Positions 33,601 to 45,480 of a stretch of DNA of 64,000 nucleotides are shown here, one piece after another. Source of the stretch: Paramoeba atlantica (Eukaryota; Protista; Discosea); the NCBI GenBank assembly GCA_977017575.1, contig CDRNVI010000038.1, positions 1-64,000 on the forward strand, read 5' to 3'. The position numbers and the translations under genes are program-made. Numbering within the stretch: the stretch's first letter is position 1; the number at the start of each line of letters is the position of its first letter. The notes under the pieces were generated by a model. That model ran no database searches, had not been told where the DNA came from, and saw nothing but the letters and a program-made list of their open reading frames with translations.

Positions 33601-34574
33601 TTATTAAACGTAAATAGCCCTCGCCTAAATTTCATCTCGTAAACTATTATTCTTCTTCTCTACCACAAGGAACTGATCAAGATCGAGTGAACAGTTTTCC
33701 ACCATTCTCTCCAGCTAAGAATTCGTCCGTATGAATCTAATCGTGCTTGATTTATTTTCATCTCTCCGATGCCATTCTGCACCTCCCAGCGGGACAAGAT
33801 TCGAGAAGCCGCCGTTCGGATAGCCGACAGCCTCGCACGACTTCCTGGCTCCAAAGCGCGATCCACACCACCCCAAATCGAACGTCACTTTTAGAACAAA
33901 AAACTGAAAAACGTGTCAAATGCCAAACGAAAAAGGAGATGAGTGCATGTAAAAAAAACGACGTGATGAATAATATTCCGAAACGAACGCGAAGCGAAGA
34001 TCCAGAACGTCTAAAACTTCAACGAAACAACAAGAACCAAAAGGCTCAGACAAATATAGACGGGAAAAGTGAAATTAAACCAAAGCTGCGAAGCCCACAA
34101 ACAAAAAGAAAGCATTCTACAGAACGCGTTTCACGTGACTAATGGTATTTGAAATCTTGTGAAATATATTCCCCCCCCCTAATTTCAAATTTTGAGTAGC
34201 GATTTTGTAGCCCGGACAAGGCGAGCAGTTCTTATTCATGTTTTTTCTGTCAGATTGTTTTTATTCTTATTACTATATTTATTATTTATTGTAGATATAT
34301 AAGGTTATAAGTTTTATGTTCATATTTTTATGTTAGTTGTATTGTTTTATTTTAGCGCTCAAGTAGTTGATACCTTCAATTTGCGTTGAACTCTAGGGGC
34401 GTTGGTGGTTCCATTTCCTGGTTTATTGTAATGAAAAGACTCATCATTATGCGAGGACTCATTAAAACAAACATTAAATTTGAGATATGGCAAACAGTTG
34501 TGTGGTCAGTGTCTTTAATCTAAGGTGTGAAGATGCTTAAGGGAAAATATTAACCCCTTAACTGATTATATCAG

Positions 34575-36051
34575 TGTTGTTGTTGTTGTTGTTGTATTCG
34601 AATACACTTGGTGACCGTCTAGAAGCGAAGTCCACCTATCCAGTTATCCTTCGGAATGTATTCACGTAGTTGAGATACCACCGTGTACGCGGACATCTTT
34701 TCAATCTCAAGTTGAAATCCTTGTCGTACATTGTCATAGTTCATTTTTGCTCGCTGCGCTATTGCCTTCAAAAGTGCCTTGGTGTCATTGTGTAGAAGGC
34801 CACAGTCTGAGGTGGCCAGACAACGGAAGTATTCACTATCGACACCCTTTTCGGAGACATATTTCTTGATTTTTCGATCGATCGCTTGTTGTATGAGTGC
34901 TGAACTGGTCTGTTTCGCGTAACTGTTGCAACAGGTGTGCACCACCGTGAAGTCATAGAGCACTTCCCCCATGTGTGGCCACATGATGGCGAGATCAGGC
35001 CCCGAGCGGATACGGCGTGCTTTACATGGATGCTGTTCGGCTACGTCGGCGGCGATGGAGCATTTACATTTGGTGCAGTAATATGAGGAGTGAATGCGCG
35101 GTTCAGTGACGTTCGGAAGACCTGCTTTGGAACATAACTCTGATAGGTAGCGGACGATGTGGGAATGCTTGCGTGTGCAGTTCATACCAGAGCAACGAGA
35201 GCAGCCTGCAACATGTGGAATGATGCTGGATGGGGATTCTTGGGTGCAGCATCCAGGGCATGTGACTTTGGCAGGAGCTTGAGGTAAACTGATCCCTAAC
35301 CGCATCATGAGTGTGTATCGAAATAAATAAGGATTGATATAATTGCTCGTGCTTTCGAGATGCAAGTTGTTCTCCATAGTGCGTTTCATTACAAGCTCCA
35401 ATTGCGAATTCTTCCGTAGCTCGCAAGCCTTCTTTTCGTGTTCCTCTTTCATCTGCTTTTTCAGCAGCTTCTGGGCGACTTCACTACGACTTTGTCCGTT
35501 GGCGTGTACTTTATCTCCACCTTTTATACCTACTGGAGCGTTATTGGGTTTTGGGTGCTCAACAATAGATCTCCGGGCGGTTTCAAAGTAGTATTTCTGC
35601 TTCAAAGTCGAAGAGATCAATCCTAGGCCGCCTAGTTTCTGAGGAAGGACCGCTAGTTGCAAGGCTTGTGTGTCAGCTCCGCACCATTTCTTAAGAACTT
35701 GTTGAACGTGGTCTTCGAAGGTTTCGGCTAGCCGCGTGGTTGCTTCCGGACGATGAACTCGCAGATGATAATCTTGTCGCGGAACCGTGCATCGACGTAG
35801 AATTGCGAGGGAGAGATTGCTTGGACCCATGAGCAGGAGTCGACGGAAGAGGCATTTGTGTTTTTCCATCTTCCGTAGAAGAAGATCTTTTATCACCTCA
35901 TTTGCTCCTATGTACGCTCCCAATATTTTAAGCGCATCATTCCGGGAGTTAACGCCTAAGCGGTTCAGAGACAATAGTTCGTCATCAAATGTAGTATTCT
36001 TTTGGAACCATTCACATTTCTGGAACTTGACATGCAGGTTAAGATCACTGG
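34575..36051 (-). pseudogene. 5'-truncated RLE non-LTR retrotransposon (lineage B) with (CAA)n tail
   Basis: ILGAYIG, LPQKLGGLG, CPGC..HVAGC, KHS...EP...GPDL...YDFTV. The first ~100 aa of the 34619 ORF come from repeat R. Confidence 0.8.
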
Positions 36052-36380
36052 AAGAATTCGTCCGTATGAATCTAATCGTGCTTGATTTATTTTCATCTCT
36101 CCGATGCCCTTCTGCACCTCCCAGCGGGACAAGATTCGAGAAGCCGCCGTTCGGATAGCCGACAGCCTCGCACGACTTCCTGGCTCCAAAGCGCGATCCA
36201 CACCACCCCAAATCGAACGTCACTTTTAGAACAAAAAACTGAAAAACGTGGCAAATGCCAAACGAAAAAGGAGATGAGTGCATGTGTGTTTCTCGAGCGT
36301 TGTGGCTTTGATGCTCACATGCTGATTCAAACAGCGCAGCACATGTGTCACTGTCTGTGAACATTCATCTCAGGGCAAGT

Positions 36381-37420
36381 TATGTTATGTTATGTATTCA
36401 GGTAAAAACCCCGTAGACGGGGTGTTGCCTCCTCGGAGAGAGCCGAAGGTAGCTCCGACCCGCACGACCCATGCGCAGACCTAAAAGGAGCGCAGCACAG
36501 ATCCGATGCAAGCCGATCCAGCTAACGCGCAGACTGAAAGTCCGCTGCGGGAATCTGGATTAGCTACGGGGGCAAAAGCTAGGAGGGTGGGGTTCGCCAC
36601 ACCCCGACACTGCCAAAAGCAGTGCTCCTTGACCCCTTGCCTGCTTGCTGGCATGGTTTGGGAGTGTCGACTCTCAGCTTCAACGGTTTTAGCACCTCAG
36701 CTTCAACGGACCAAGTCTCCTAGGGTGGTATCCCCTCGAGCGGACTTGGCTCCTCAGCTTCAACAGGCCAAACCTCAGCTTCAACGAGCTCGTATCTCTC
36801 CAAATTGTTACCCTAGCCCCGTTATCATGGGCTAGTTGCAAGCCGCAGAAAAAAAGAAAAAAGTACGTTCAAAAGCGTGAATGACGCCTACCCTAGTTTT
36901 TTAGTACCTTGTTATGTTCGGTACCGGGGGCGCCATTCCCGAGCGGCAGCACAAGGGCCGGCGCAAGGGGTGGCACAGGAAGCGGGAGAGAGGGCGGCAC
37001 AGGGGGTGGCACAGGGAGCGGCACAGGGGGCGGCACAGGGAGCGGCACAGGGCAGTGCCGCGCAAAGGGAGAACACACAAGGAATGACAGAGGGGGCGGC
37101 GAAGAGGGCAGCGCAGTCAGTGGGGGGGGAGGCGAGGAGCACGGCAGGGAGCACGACAGGGAGCACGGGTGTGGAGTACGGCGGGGAGGGCGGCAGTGAG
37201 AACGGGGCGGCAAAGGGGCGACACACAGAGCGGCGGCATAGGGGGGGGCACAGGGGGCAGGCGCGGCGGGTGGCGGAGCGGGTCGGGAGAGCGGCGGGGA
37301 GGGCGGCGGGGAGGGCGGCGGGGAGGGCGGCGGGGAGGGCGGCGGGGAGAGTGGTGGAGGCGTGGCGGGGAGAAGGGGCACATGGGGGGGAACAAACGAA
37401 CAAAAATCAACAAGGTACAG
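36381..37420 (-). mobile_element. Second non-autonomous retroposon of the 31668 family
   Basis: Same (CATAA)n tail abutting CAGGGCAAGT; homologous ~500-bp 3' region; 5' end CTGTACCTTGTTG. Confidence 0.75.
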
Positions 37421-38924
37421 TCTGTAAATGGTATGATCGGCGTGGGAATAAATTCTGTAGAACTCTCGGTGCGTGCTTCAAACGGATGGGGTGGAGGGAT
37501 TGTATTTACCGAAATTGTTGACCCGACATTCTCAATTTGCGGTGGCGACTCACAGTCTTGGAAAATGTGGTCTGTATTGTAAGTCACGACCGGAGACTTT
37601 TCGACATCAGAGATTTCTTCCGTGTGTGTTACTCTCGAAACGGTCGTCGCAGTAATATCTTTTGACTCGTCTGATTCCGGAATGTCCCTGCATTGGTTCA
37701 TTGCACTTTTCGCTCGTTTGTCTGCCGCTTGGTTGTCTACCACTTCTGTCTGATTTTCCAGATCTGGTGGATTGGCCGTCTTTTGGACTAGATCATGCAA
37801 AACCGACTCTCGCAGATTTTGATCGTTGTTTAAAATCTTTGGACGGGTCTTTAGGTTTATCAAGTTTCTCGTAGATACCGGAATTTTAATTTTTAGACTT
37901 GAATTCGCTGATGCGTCTCCGGTGCTAATCACTGCTTGCACTGATTCTTGAGGAGTTTCGTGGCTTGCCTTCTCGTTAAGATGTATGTATGTATCGCCGA
38001 CACCACCATCGCCGCCGCCATCGCCACCGCATCCTCCGCCGCCGCCTCCATCACAGTCTCCGCCGCCGCCGCCGTCACCGCCGCCTCCATCACAGTCGCC
38101 ACCGCCGCCTACGCAACAGTCACCGCCGCCACCGCCTAACTCCACACCTTCCTCAACATGGCCGCTTGTGACTTTGACACCATCCTTGGCGCCATCTTCC
38201 CCGTCTGCGCAGCTTTCCCCGCAGCCGCTCGAGCCATCCATTGGGGCTATCACTGCGCCGCTTTCTTCACCACCCGCGCGTCCCAGCATGCACTCCTTTT
38301 CTCGAAGAGCGCGCGCAAGGGCCAACGATCTGAAAAGGGACAACAAAATACCACCGGAGATCATTGCACAGCCGTATCCATTGACATCACTATCGTCACC
38401 TCCGCCTTTACCGCCGCCACATTCGTTGTCCCCCCTTCCCATGCCGAAGTCACTATCGGAACCATCGCCATCACAAAAACAAACACTGCCAAGGGATGCC
38501 ACCAAGCAAAGCGAGCCCGCTTGCACGGTTAGAATTAAAAACGCAATTCTTTCCTCCAGCTTTTTCAACCGACTAGCGAAACATTCCAAAGCACATCAAA
38601 CAAACGTCAACAAGGAATCAAGACATGGAAGTCCAACGATTCGCCACCCAGAGGGCAGAATCAATTTGAAAACTATCTCAGCAAGGTCAACAACATTCTC
38701 GAGTTGCAGCAAGGAATCGACTTATGCGCAAACAGCCACTCCTCCTCCGAAAGATCCTGGCAATACTGACGAGCTTGCGCTCCGTCCCCTGAATCCCACT
38801 GCCCACCTAATGGGTGATTTTCGTAGAAAGCTCAAAGAGCAACAGACACCCGAAGAACAACAGAGCCGCGGTGCACCGAGTCAAACATCCATTAACGAAT
38901 CGCCAGACGTGGGAATTCTTCAAG
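37421..38924. pseudogene. Rearranged N-terminal region of a lineage-B ORF (plus strand 37985-38924, minus strand 37421-37980)
   Basis: RPSMHSFSRRARARA (plus) and FQDCESP (minus) match RPSMHTSSRRARMRA and FQDCDSP in the 49050 ORF. Confidence 0.6.
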
Positions 38925-39696
38925 TTTTTTTTTTTTTTAGTGGGAAGGGATTTGAAAAAGGGGGTATTAAACAAGAATAGTACAGCAGCTCGCGACGCAG
39001 GTTTCCAGTTTATCGATAATTGGTATTAAGACCATAATATCTACTCCATAATACATTAATAGATTATGATTACCACACTAAACACTTAATTCTTGCACCT
39101 TCCTGTCGGCCAGGTGGCTACGAAGCTGCGCATACACTTCGAGCCCATTTTGTTCTTGCAACAGTAATTTAAATTCCATCTCTGTTCTGTGGCGATCAAG
39201 GCACGCAGCGTCCGCCAAAGCATGGATGAGGAATCGGGTGTTCTGATGCAAGGATCCGCAAGAAAAAACCGGCAAGCATTGGAAAGCTACGTCAGGGATC
39301 TTTCCTGATTCTACGTATGTTTGATGCTTCCTTTTTATTGCGTCTTTTGCCAGGTTCGCGCACGTCTTACTAATGTTCGACGGCGCAAGCTCGTGAATCA
39401 CTGTAAGGTCGTAAAACAGTTCGCCTGTTGACCAATAAATCACGAGGTCAGGGCCTGACCTGAACAACTGCCGCCCTGAGCATGTCTTCTCATGAATTCC
39501 CCTGTTTTCCGGATTCACAGCCGCTTTACATGTGGCGCACTTCCAGGAACTGAAGGCCCTAGGTTCACGTTCGCAAGGTATCCCGGACTTTTGACTTAGA
39601 TCAAAGAGGTATTTGACGAGACGATTGTGCTTCACGGTAGCGTTCTGCCCCGAACACTGAGCGCACCCTGGGATGTGTACCAAAGCAGTCTTATTG
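38925..39696 (-). pseudogene. 3' part (zinc finger, RLE, UTR, polyA) of the lineage-B element that begins near 50140
   Basis: ALVHIPGC, KHN, GPDL, YDLTV; poly(A) at 38925-38938. Rejoining 46652 to 39696 gives LLNNKTALVH, matching ILNSQSALHH in the 62535 ORF. Confidence 0.82.
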
Positions 39697-40456
39697 GAAA
39701 TCCACACCGAGGGGCCGCACAGGACATAAAAGAAAATAACTATAAAGATGAAATAATAATTTATTTTCACATGAGTTCACCTATTCATATCATATACATG
39801 AAAAGCAAATTGAAACGTATGTAGCTTCTACATCATCTTGACAAAATAGGCCTTTCAAAACAAACAATATAAATTTATAATATATCACTATGTTAGCGGG
39901 TTGCACCCGCCAAACCCGGCGGCTATAGGATGGGGGTTTGGTGGGTGGGACAAAAAAACGCGTAAAGGAAAAAGATTCTACAAGTAAGTAATCAGTAAAT
40001 ATGTAAATTTTCAGAATACATATTGTAGCTTTTATACATGATTCAATTACAACCCCCTTTCGGGGAAAAGAACAATGAAAATTATAACCCCCTTCCGGGG
40101 CATTTGACCCGATATTAGCCCCTCGGTTAAATTTCCATGCGTAGACTTCTAGAAATCCACACCGAGGGGCCGCACAGGACATAAAAGAAAATAACTATAA
40201 AGATGAAATAATAATTTATTTTCACATGAGTTCACCTATTCATATCATATACATGAAAAGCAAATTGAAACGTATGTAGCTTCTACATCATCTTGACAAA
40301 ATAGGCCTTTCAAAACAAACAATATAAATTTATAATATATCACTATGTTAGCGGGTTGCACCCGCCAAACCCGGCGGCTACCTGCCCACACACAAGTCAC
40401 AATATTTTCCCGAACACACAGTAATTTTTTTTTTTTTCCGAAAATAACTAGGGAAG

Positions 40457-41416
40457 GTTGCGGTGGTTGTAAAACTACCGCTCTACACTCGATTATTGAT
40501 AAAAAAGTGAACAAAAACAGTGAAAATATAAAGAGGAACACAGTAATATAATAGAAGAAAAAAATATAAAAGGGGGCTCCGGTGGTCCAAAACTGAAAAT
40601 TTTTTTTGAAAAAAATGGGGGGTCCATGGGGGGGGTCCATGGGGGGGGTCCAGGGGGGGGGTCCAGGGGGGGGGGTCCAGGGGGGGGGGGGCATGGTCGA
40701 GCAAATTTTTTCGAAAAAATTAGTTTTCGAAAAAAAACCGCAGAAAGGGTAGCCGGGGTCTTGGCGCGCATTTTCCACCCCCCTACCCGGGGTTGACCCC
40801 CCCGCGTATCCGCAGGACGGGTCCGCCAAGTTCGGAATTTTTCGGAAAAAATTTTTTGAAAAAAATTTCAACTTGGCGAAAAAAATGACAAAAAAAATAT
40901 TTTTCCAAAATCGTTTCCCCTATTGTATTTTGATAGTTTGGGACCTACACTAGCTTTCTCCGTAGTTGTTTTCGCAAGGTATCACTTCTTCGAACTGTGG
41001 TGCGCCCCCCAAAATGACCCATTTTTGACTAAAAAAGGTGAAAAAGTATTTTTCGGACCTAAAGGGGCATTTTTGTGTCGAAAGAATGGTAATGGTTGGA
41101 GTCGCATTCTCTACCCAATACGTTCGGTAGGCTTTCATTCATGCCTGCGAGTGATTTCCCACGCGCAAATGTCGGATTTAGTGCTCTGAGAGCAAAAATA
41201 TGCGAAAATGACCCCATTTGTACCCGAAATTCGGCTATTTTTGGCTATAATCTTTCCGTTTTCCAGGTTAAATTTTCTTTTTTAGGCTCTTCGTTAAACG
41301 CGGTGGTGGTTTTCAACTCGGAGAGCGTAGCATGAGTGACTTCTAAGTTGAAAACAACCACCGCGTTTAACGAAGAGCCTAAAAAAGAAAATTTAACCTG
41401 GAAAACGGAAAGATTA
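40457..41416 (-). repeat. Repeat X, full copy with extended hairpin (41248-41416)
   Basis: Matches 6198-7141; G-run array at 40619-40692. Confidence 0.85.
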
Positions 41417-41452
41417 ACACAATAATAGATGACCGGTCTATTATCGTGCCCT

Positions 41453-42012
41453 TTACATCACACACTTTTCAATCTGTTTAATGTCAACTTCTTTACCCCG
41501 ACTTATATGATCGGCCGAATTGTTCAACGTAGACACATATCTCGCCTCGACACAAATCCCACGTTTCTCAGTGTCTCGTATTATTTCTTTCAATTCCTTT
41601 GACACTCCTTCTGACTTCGATGATCTCCTGTTCAACGCTGCCTTACAGGAGGTGTTATCCACGAAGATATCCAAGCACGTTCCTTTGGGGGAGTGCATAG
41701 CAAACTTTTTAATAGCTAAGCGGACCGCCATCGCTTCGGCCCGATTCACTTCATACTTAAAATTTTTCGGCCATGCCTCACCAGTAATTAATACCTCCCC
41801 AGAATCAAGGTAAATGATGGCCCCCCATCCCTTCGCAGAAGCATCCGTGTATAACTTGTGGTGGTGAGGAACGGTGTCAGGATGAGGAGGCGGGGGTCGG
41901 GGAAGATTGCATATCAATTCATTTCGCCATTCGGTAAGTGTAGAACGAGTAACTACCGGAAGATCAACTGGCTTGTCGATCAAATACGGACAGCGATTTA
42001 ATAAGTTGATCC
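41453..42012 (-). CDS. RNase H domain of VIPER-like copy 2 (detached by an insertion)
   Basis: YTDAS, NRAEA, VDN, NSAD; homologous to 26150-26845. Confidence 0.85.
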
Positions 42013-43116
42013 AATCCAATCCAATCCAATCCAAAATACCGACAAAGTCGGCTAAAATACTTAGCACTTTCACATCAAACACTTCCATCTCTATCACCTC
42101 CAAATTCAGAGTTTTTGTGCCTCCAATACTAGAGCACACAAACCGCATAAAGTAATGGAATATAAAAACTTCCTCAAGGCATATTCTAGCACACGTACGG
42201 AGATACACAGCAAGCACTCACACTTACTTTGGTGTCCCCCTTCCACCGCCAGTTCTCGTAACTTTCTGGCGAATAACAACTCTTTCCTCTGCCTCACGTT
42301 TAGGCGCGGATGAGGCTTTCACTGCACGCTGACTTTTCGCGTTTCGTTTTGCAAACTGCTGAGCAGTGGTTTGCGAATTTGAAGACTTTCTTCTCTTTAT
42401 TTCAGGTTCGCTTACTTTCTTTCTAGATGCAGACAATGCGAGCGAGTCTGCTGCCTCGTTCCAAGGATTTCCCGAGTGAGATTTAACTTTACACATGTAT
42501 ATTTGTACCCCTTGACCCTTCAACGCGCGTAATTTATGGTCGATTTGATCCATCAAGTCTCCATTTGCAATTCCGATGTAGCCTACAACGCGAAAACGTG
42601 ATCTTAAACTGTGAAAATATTGCCAAACGTAACAAGAATCAGTATGAAAAACGCAAGAGAGTGATCCTTCTGGAATTTTCGAAATAGCCTCACGAAATGC
42701 TAATAATTCGGCCCTCTCACTTGTTCCCACCTCCAACGGAATAGAGTAGTAATCAGGGTCACCCTTAATTTTCAAGAAAACAACACCAGCACCGCTACGC
42801 ACCGTTTGTGTTCCGCGCAAAACTCTCACTGAACCATCCGTGTAGAAATGGATAGATTTAAGTTTGGGGAATGGCACGCTAGATTCTTCAATAAATTGTA
42901 GCTCTTTATAACTCTTGTTCTTGATAGCTGTGGCTTTCAATGCTTTCCATTTTTTTGTAGTAGCACGCTCGTAGTCAACCACTGGATCAAGTGAAAGTTT
43001 TAGCTTTTCGGTGAGACGAAACCAATGTTCTCGATCTGTAGCATAAACCAAAGCCTCTTCTAAAGTTATACCCAAGTCTGAAATACATGCTTCGCTTGGA
43101 GAAGGACGTCTCCTTC
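42013..43116 (-). mobile_element. 5'-truncated LINE (RTE/ingi-like) with C-terminal RNase H and (TTGGA)n tail
   Basis: 11-bp TSD TAAGTTGATCC (42002-12 and 43117-27). ORF 42224-43075 has ATDREHW then YTDGS, RAEL, TDS, KVKSHSGNPWNEAAD. Confidence 0.88.
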
Positions 43117-45480
43117 TAAGTTGATCCTACGCTGCGCGACTTTCATCGCGAAATAAAAGCGTGGCATATTGAGCCGCAAGACTGCAGATCCATACAGAAG
43201 ACGCCCCACCGCCGCCTCAAGATCATCAAAAGACAATTTATGAAATTTGTCTTTTTGCAGTTTACTGACCACTCTCGGTCCCAGGCAGACCGTATGAGTG
43301 TCGTGGTCGAAAGCCACCCCATTGAAAACATACTTCAAAGCAGGGGGCTGTCCGGCGTCTTTAAAGAGGCCGTTTGCTTTGGAACACCGCTCGTCAATAA
43401 AGCGAGCGTATTCAACGGCATCGTTCGCTGTCCCCGAAAAACGAACTCCGTCGACGTAAACGTCAGTGGCACCTCTGTGAAACGAGAAACGCTCCTGACA
43501 CACCGACCTCTCGCCGGCAATTGCGGCGGTAACAGTGTGCATGATTTCTGGTGCGCAGCGATGACCCATGGGAAGAACGTTCATCTCGAAAACTTCGCTC
43601 AATGTCGATCGAAATCTAAACTTGGGCCGTGCCTTCAAGGGAATACTAATTTGGTAAAAACCACAAGTGAAGTCGCGCTTCACTGCCATAGCATCATGTG
43701 CTTTGTGTAGATATTTGGATGGGTGATACAGCGCAACTTCCGGTTCATAATTTAAAAGCCTGTTGTTGTCATCTCGTGTCCAGGATATAAACCTGCGGCG
43801 TTGATTACCTTCATCGTCGGTTTCAACCACTGTAAAGGGGATCATATATTGCATGGATGGTCTTTTGAGTAGGTCCTTCCCCGAAACCTTGCTTATAACG
43901 CCGGCGCCCTCAAGTAGACGTATTTCTTCCTCGGGCAAAGAACCACGTACCGAAGGCTCGGGGTACGGGCCTGTAGGAACCCATAAAAGTTCATTTAGTA
44001 CCTTGCGAAAACGTGTGGCTGCCGCAGGATTTAACCATTCCTTCACTTTGTCCAATTTAATCACCGGGATTGACTTTTTCACATGGAGGGGTAGACTCAT
44101 ATCCTTCGGTCTAGCGAGCCGCGAGCTACGGCGGGCACATATAACGGAGTGCCTACGGAGATAGGGGACTTCGTGAAAACACTTTGTAACATGAGAGGTT
44201 GTTAAAGTACCGGAAGGAGTGCAGACACTCGTTGTGTCCCGAGGGCCCGTGCCGTTGTAACGCTGTTTGCATTGTATCTGAGCAGTGATTCTATGTTCTG
44301 GTGTTTTGTTAGGTTTTGAACCTCCTGCATGCGCAAATTTCCGAGAGAGATTTCGTGAAACAGATGAGTGATTGCCCCCCTTTTGATAGAGTGCGTCCCG
44401 TACCCCTGACCGAGTATTGATCGTATTTGATGGTCCATCTCGCGGACTGTCGTGTAACAGAGTCGTTGCCCGGGGTTCATGGTTTGGATATGCTGCGCGA
44501 GTTCTGGCGTTCCTGGCCCAGTTACAATGGCGTAAAGGTGTGGTCGAAAAGGGTTTAGGCGTGTGGTCTTTGTGCCCCTCCCCCAATAAATTATCACTTC
44601 GCAGCTTGTTACACTCACGAACTGTTCTCTTCTTAAATCCGCGGTCTCGGTCCAACGCGCCGCTGCCTTCCAGCATAGGAGGCAACACATGCTCTCCTTC
44701 GGATTCAAGTGTCGGCGTAGCTTTTGTAGAAGAATGGGGTTGACGGGCTGCATTTGGCGCGTGGGCTCTAGCCCCCCCTGTGCTTGCAGGGCCTTTATAT
44801 ATAGTTTTAAGGGAGTCGACTCTTCCCCCATTAACTGAAATAAAGTTCGCAAGCCTCCTGCGTAACCCATTCTCGTCGAGCTGGCTAGAGGCAGCGAATG
44901 TAGGAAGAGAACCGCGTTTGTGGAATTTGAAGGAACACCCTTTGCCGCGCAGTACTGCTGCATACGTAGCCAAATTCGCTCCCTGTTGGCCCATGTGGTC
45001 GTGGCCCACATCGGTTCGAGAGCGTCGCTCAGTTGTAGTGTGCGTGGGTCGTTCGGAGGAAGGCGAAGGATGGCTTGGAGAATGGCGTTGCGGTCTGCGG
45101 CGGGTTTTTCTCCTGCGGACTGGTTTAGTGCGCGTATGGGAAGGGACCGACTTCGCGGAGGACGAGTGGAAACAACATGAGGAAGGGGAGGATTGGAAGA
45201 AAGAGGGGGTCGAGGACGCCTCACCGGAGAGTCTCGTCGGGGTAAGCGCGTTTGTAAGGTTGGAGCGGTAGGAGCCCTTTGCCGCCTGAGGCAAGGGGCA
45301 CGAGTAATAGGGGTGGGGGGCATTCCCTAGTGGGAACCCCGTGTTGCGCCGGCGTAACGGACGGCGCCGCCCGCCACCCCTCCGCGAAAATCCTGATTCG
45401 TCGGATGGGAGGGACGAAACTGGTGCTGGGCCTGAGCCATCTGCGGGCAGTCCGCACGAATTTGGCCCGGCTGGTGACAC
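43117..45480 (-). CDS. Reverse transcriptase, VIPER-like copy 2; frame open across YR
   Basis: RDFTCGFYQ, LPMGHRCAP, YVDG. Removing the LINE restores QRRINLLNRCP. Confidence 0.85.
44202..45323 (-). CDS. Tyrosine recombinase, VIPER-like copy 2
   Basis: AARWTE, HSIKRGA, KHQNIESLLRY. Confidence 0.9.
   Translation of the reverse strand: MPPTPITRAPCLRRQRAPTAPTLQTRLPRRDSPVRRPRPPLSSNPPLPHVVSTRPPRSRSLPIRALNQSAGEKPAADRNAILQAILRLPPNDPRTLQLSDALEPMWATTTWANRERIWLRMQQYCAAKGVPSNSTNAVLFLHSLPLASSTRMGYAGGLRTLFQLMGEESTPLKLYIKALQAQGGLEPTRQMQPVNPILLQKLRRHLNPKESMCCLLCWKAAARWTETADLRREQFVSVTSCEVIIYWGRGTKTTRLNPFRPHLYAIVTGPGTPELAQHIQTMNPGQRLCYTTVREMDHQIRSILGQGYGTHSIKRGAITHLFHEISLGNLRMQEVQNLTKHQNIESLLRYNANSVTTARALGTQRVSALLPVL

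Noticed and set aside
32107-38589. Long Gly/Arg/Ala-rich ORFs (32107, 32255, 36877, 37169 and the first half of 37117)
   Set aside because: They are antisense or off-frame shadows of GC-rich low-complexity Pro-rich sequence.
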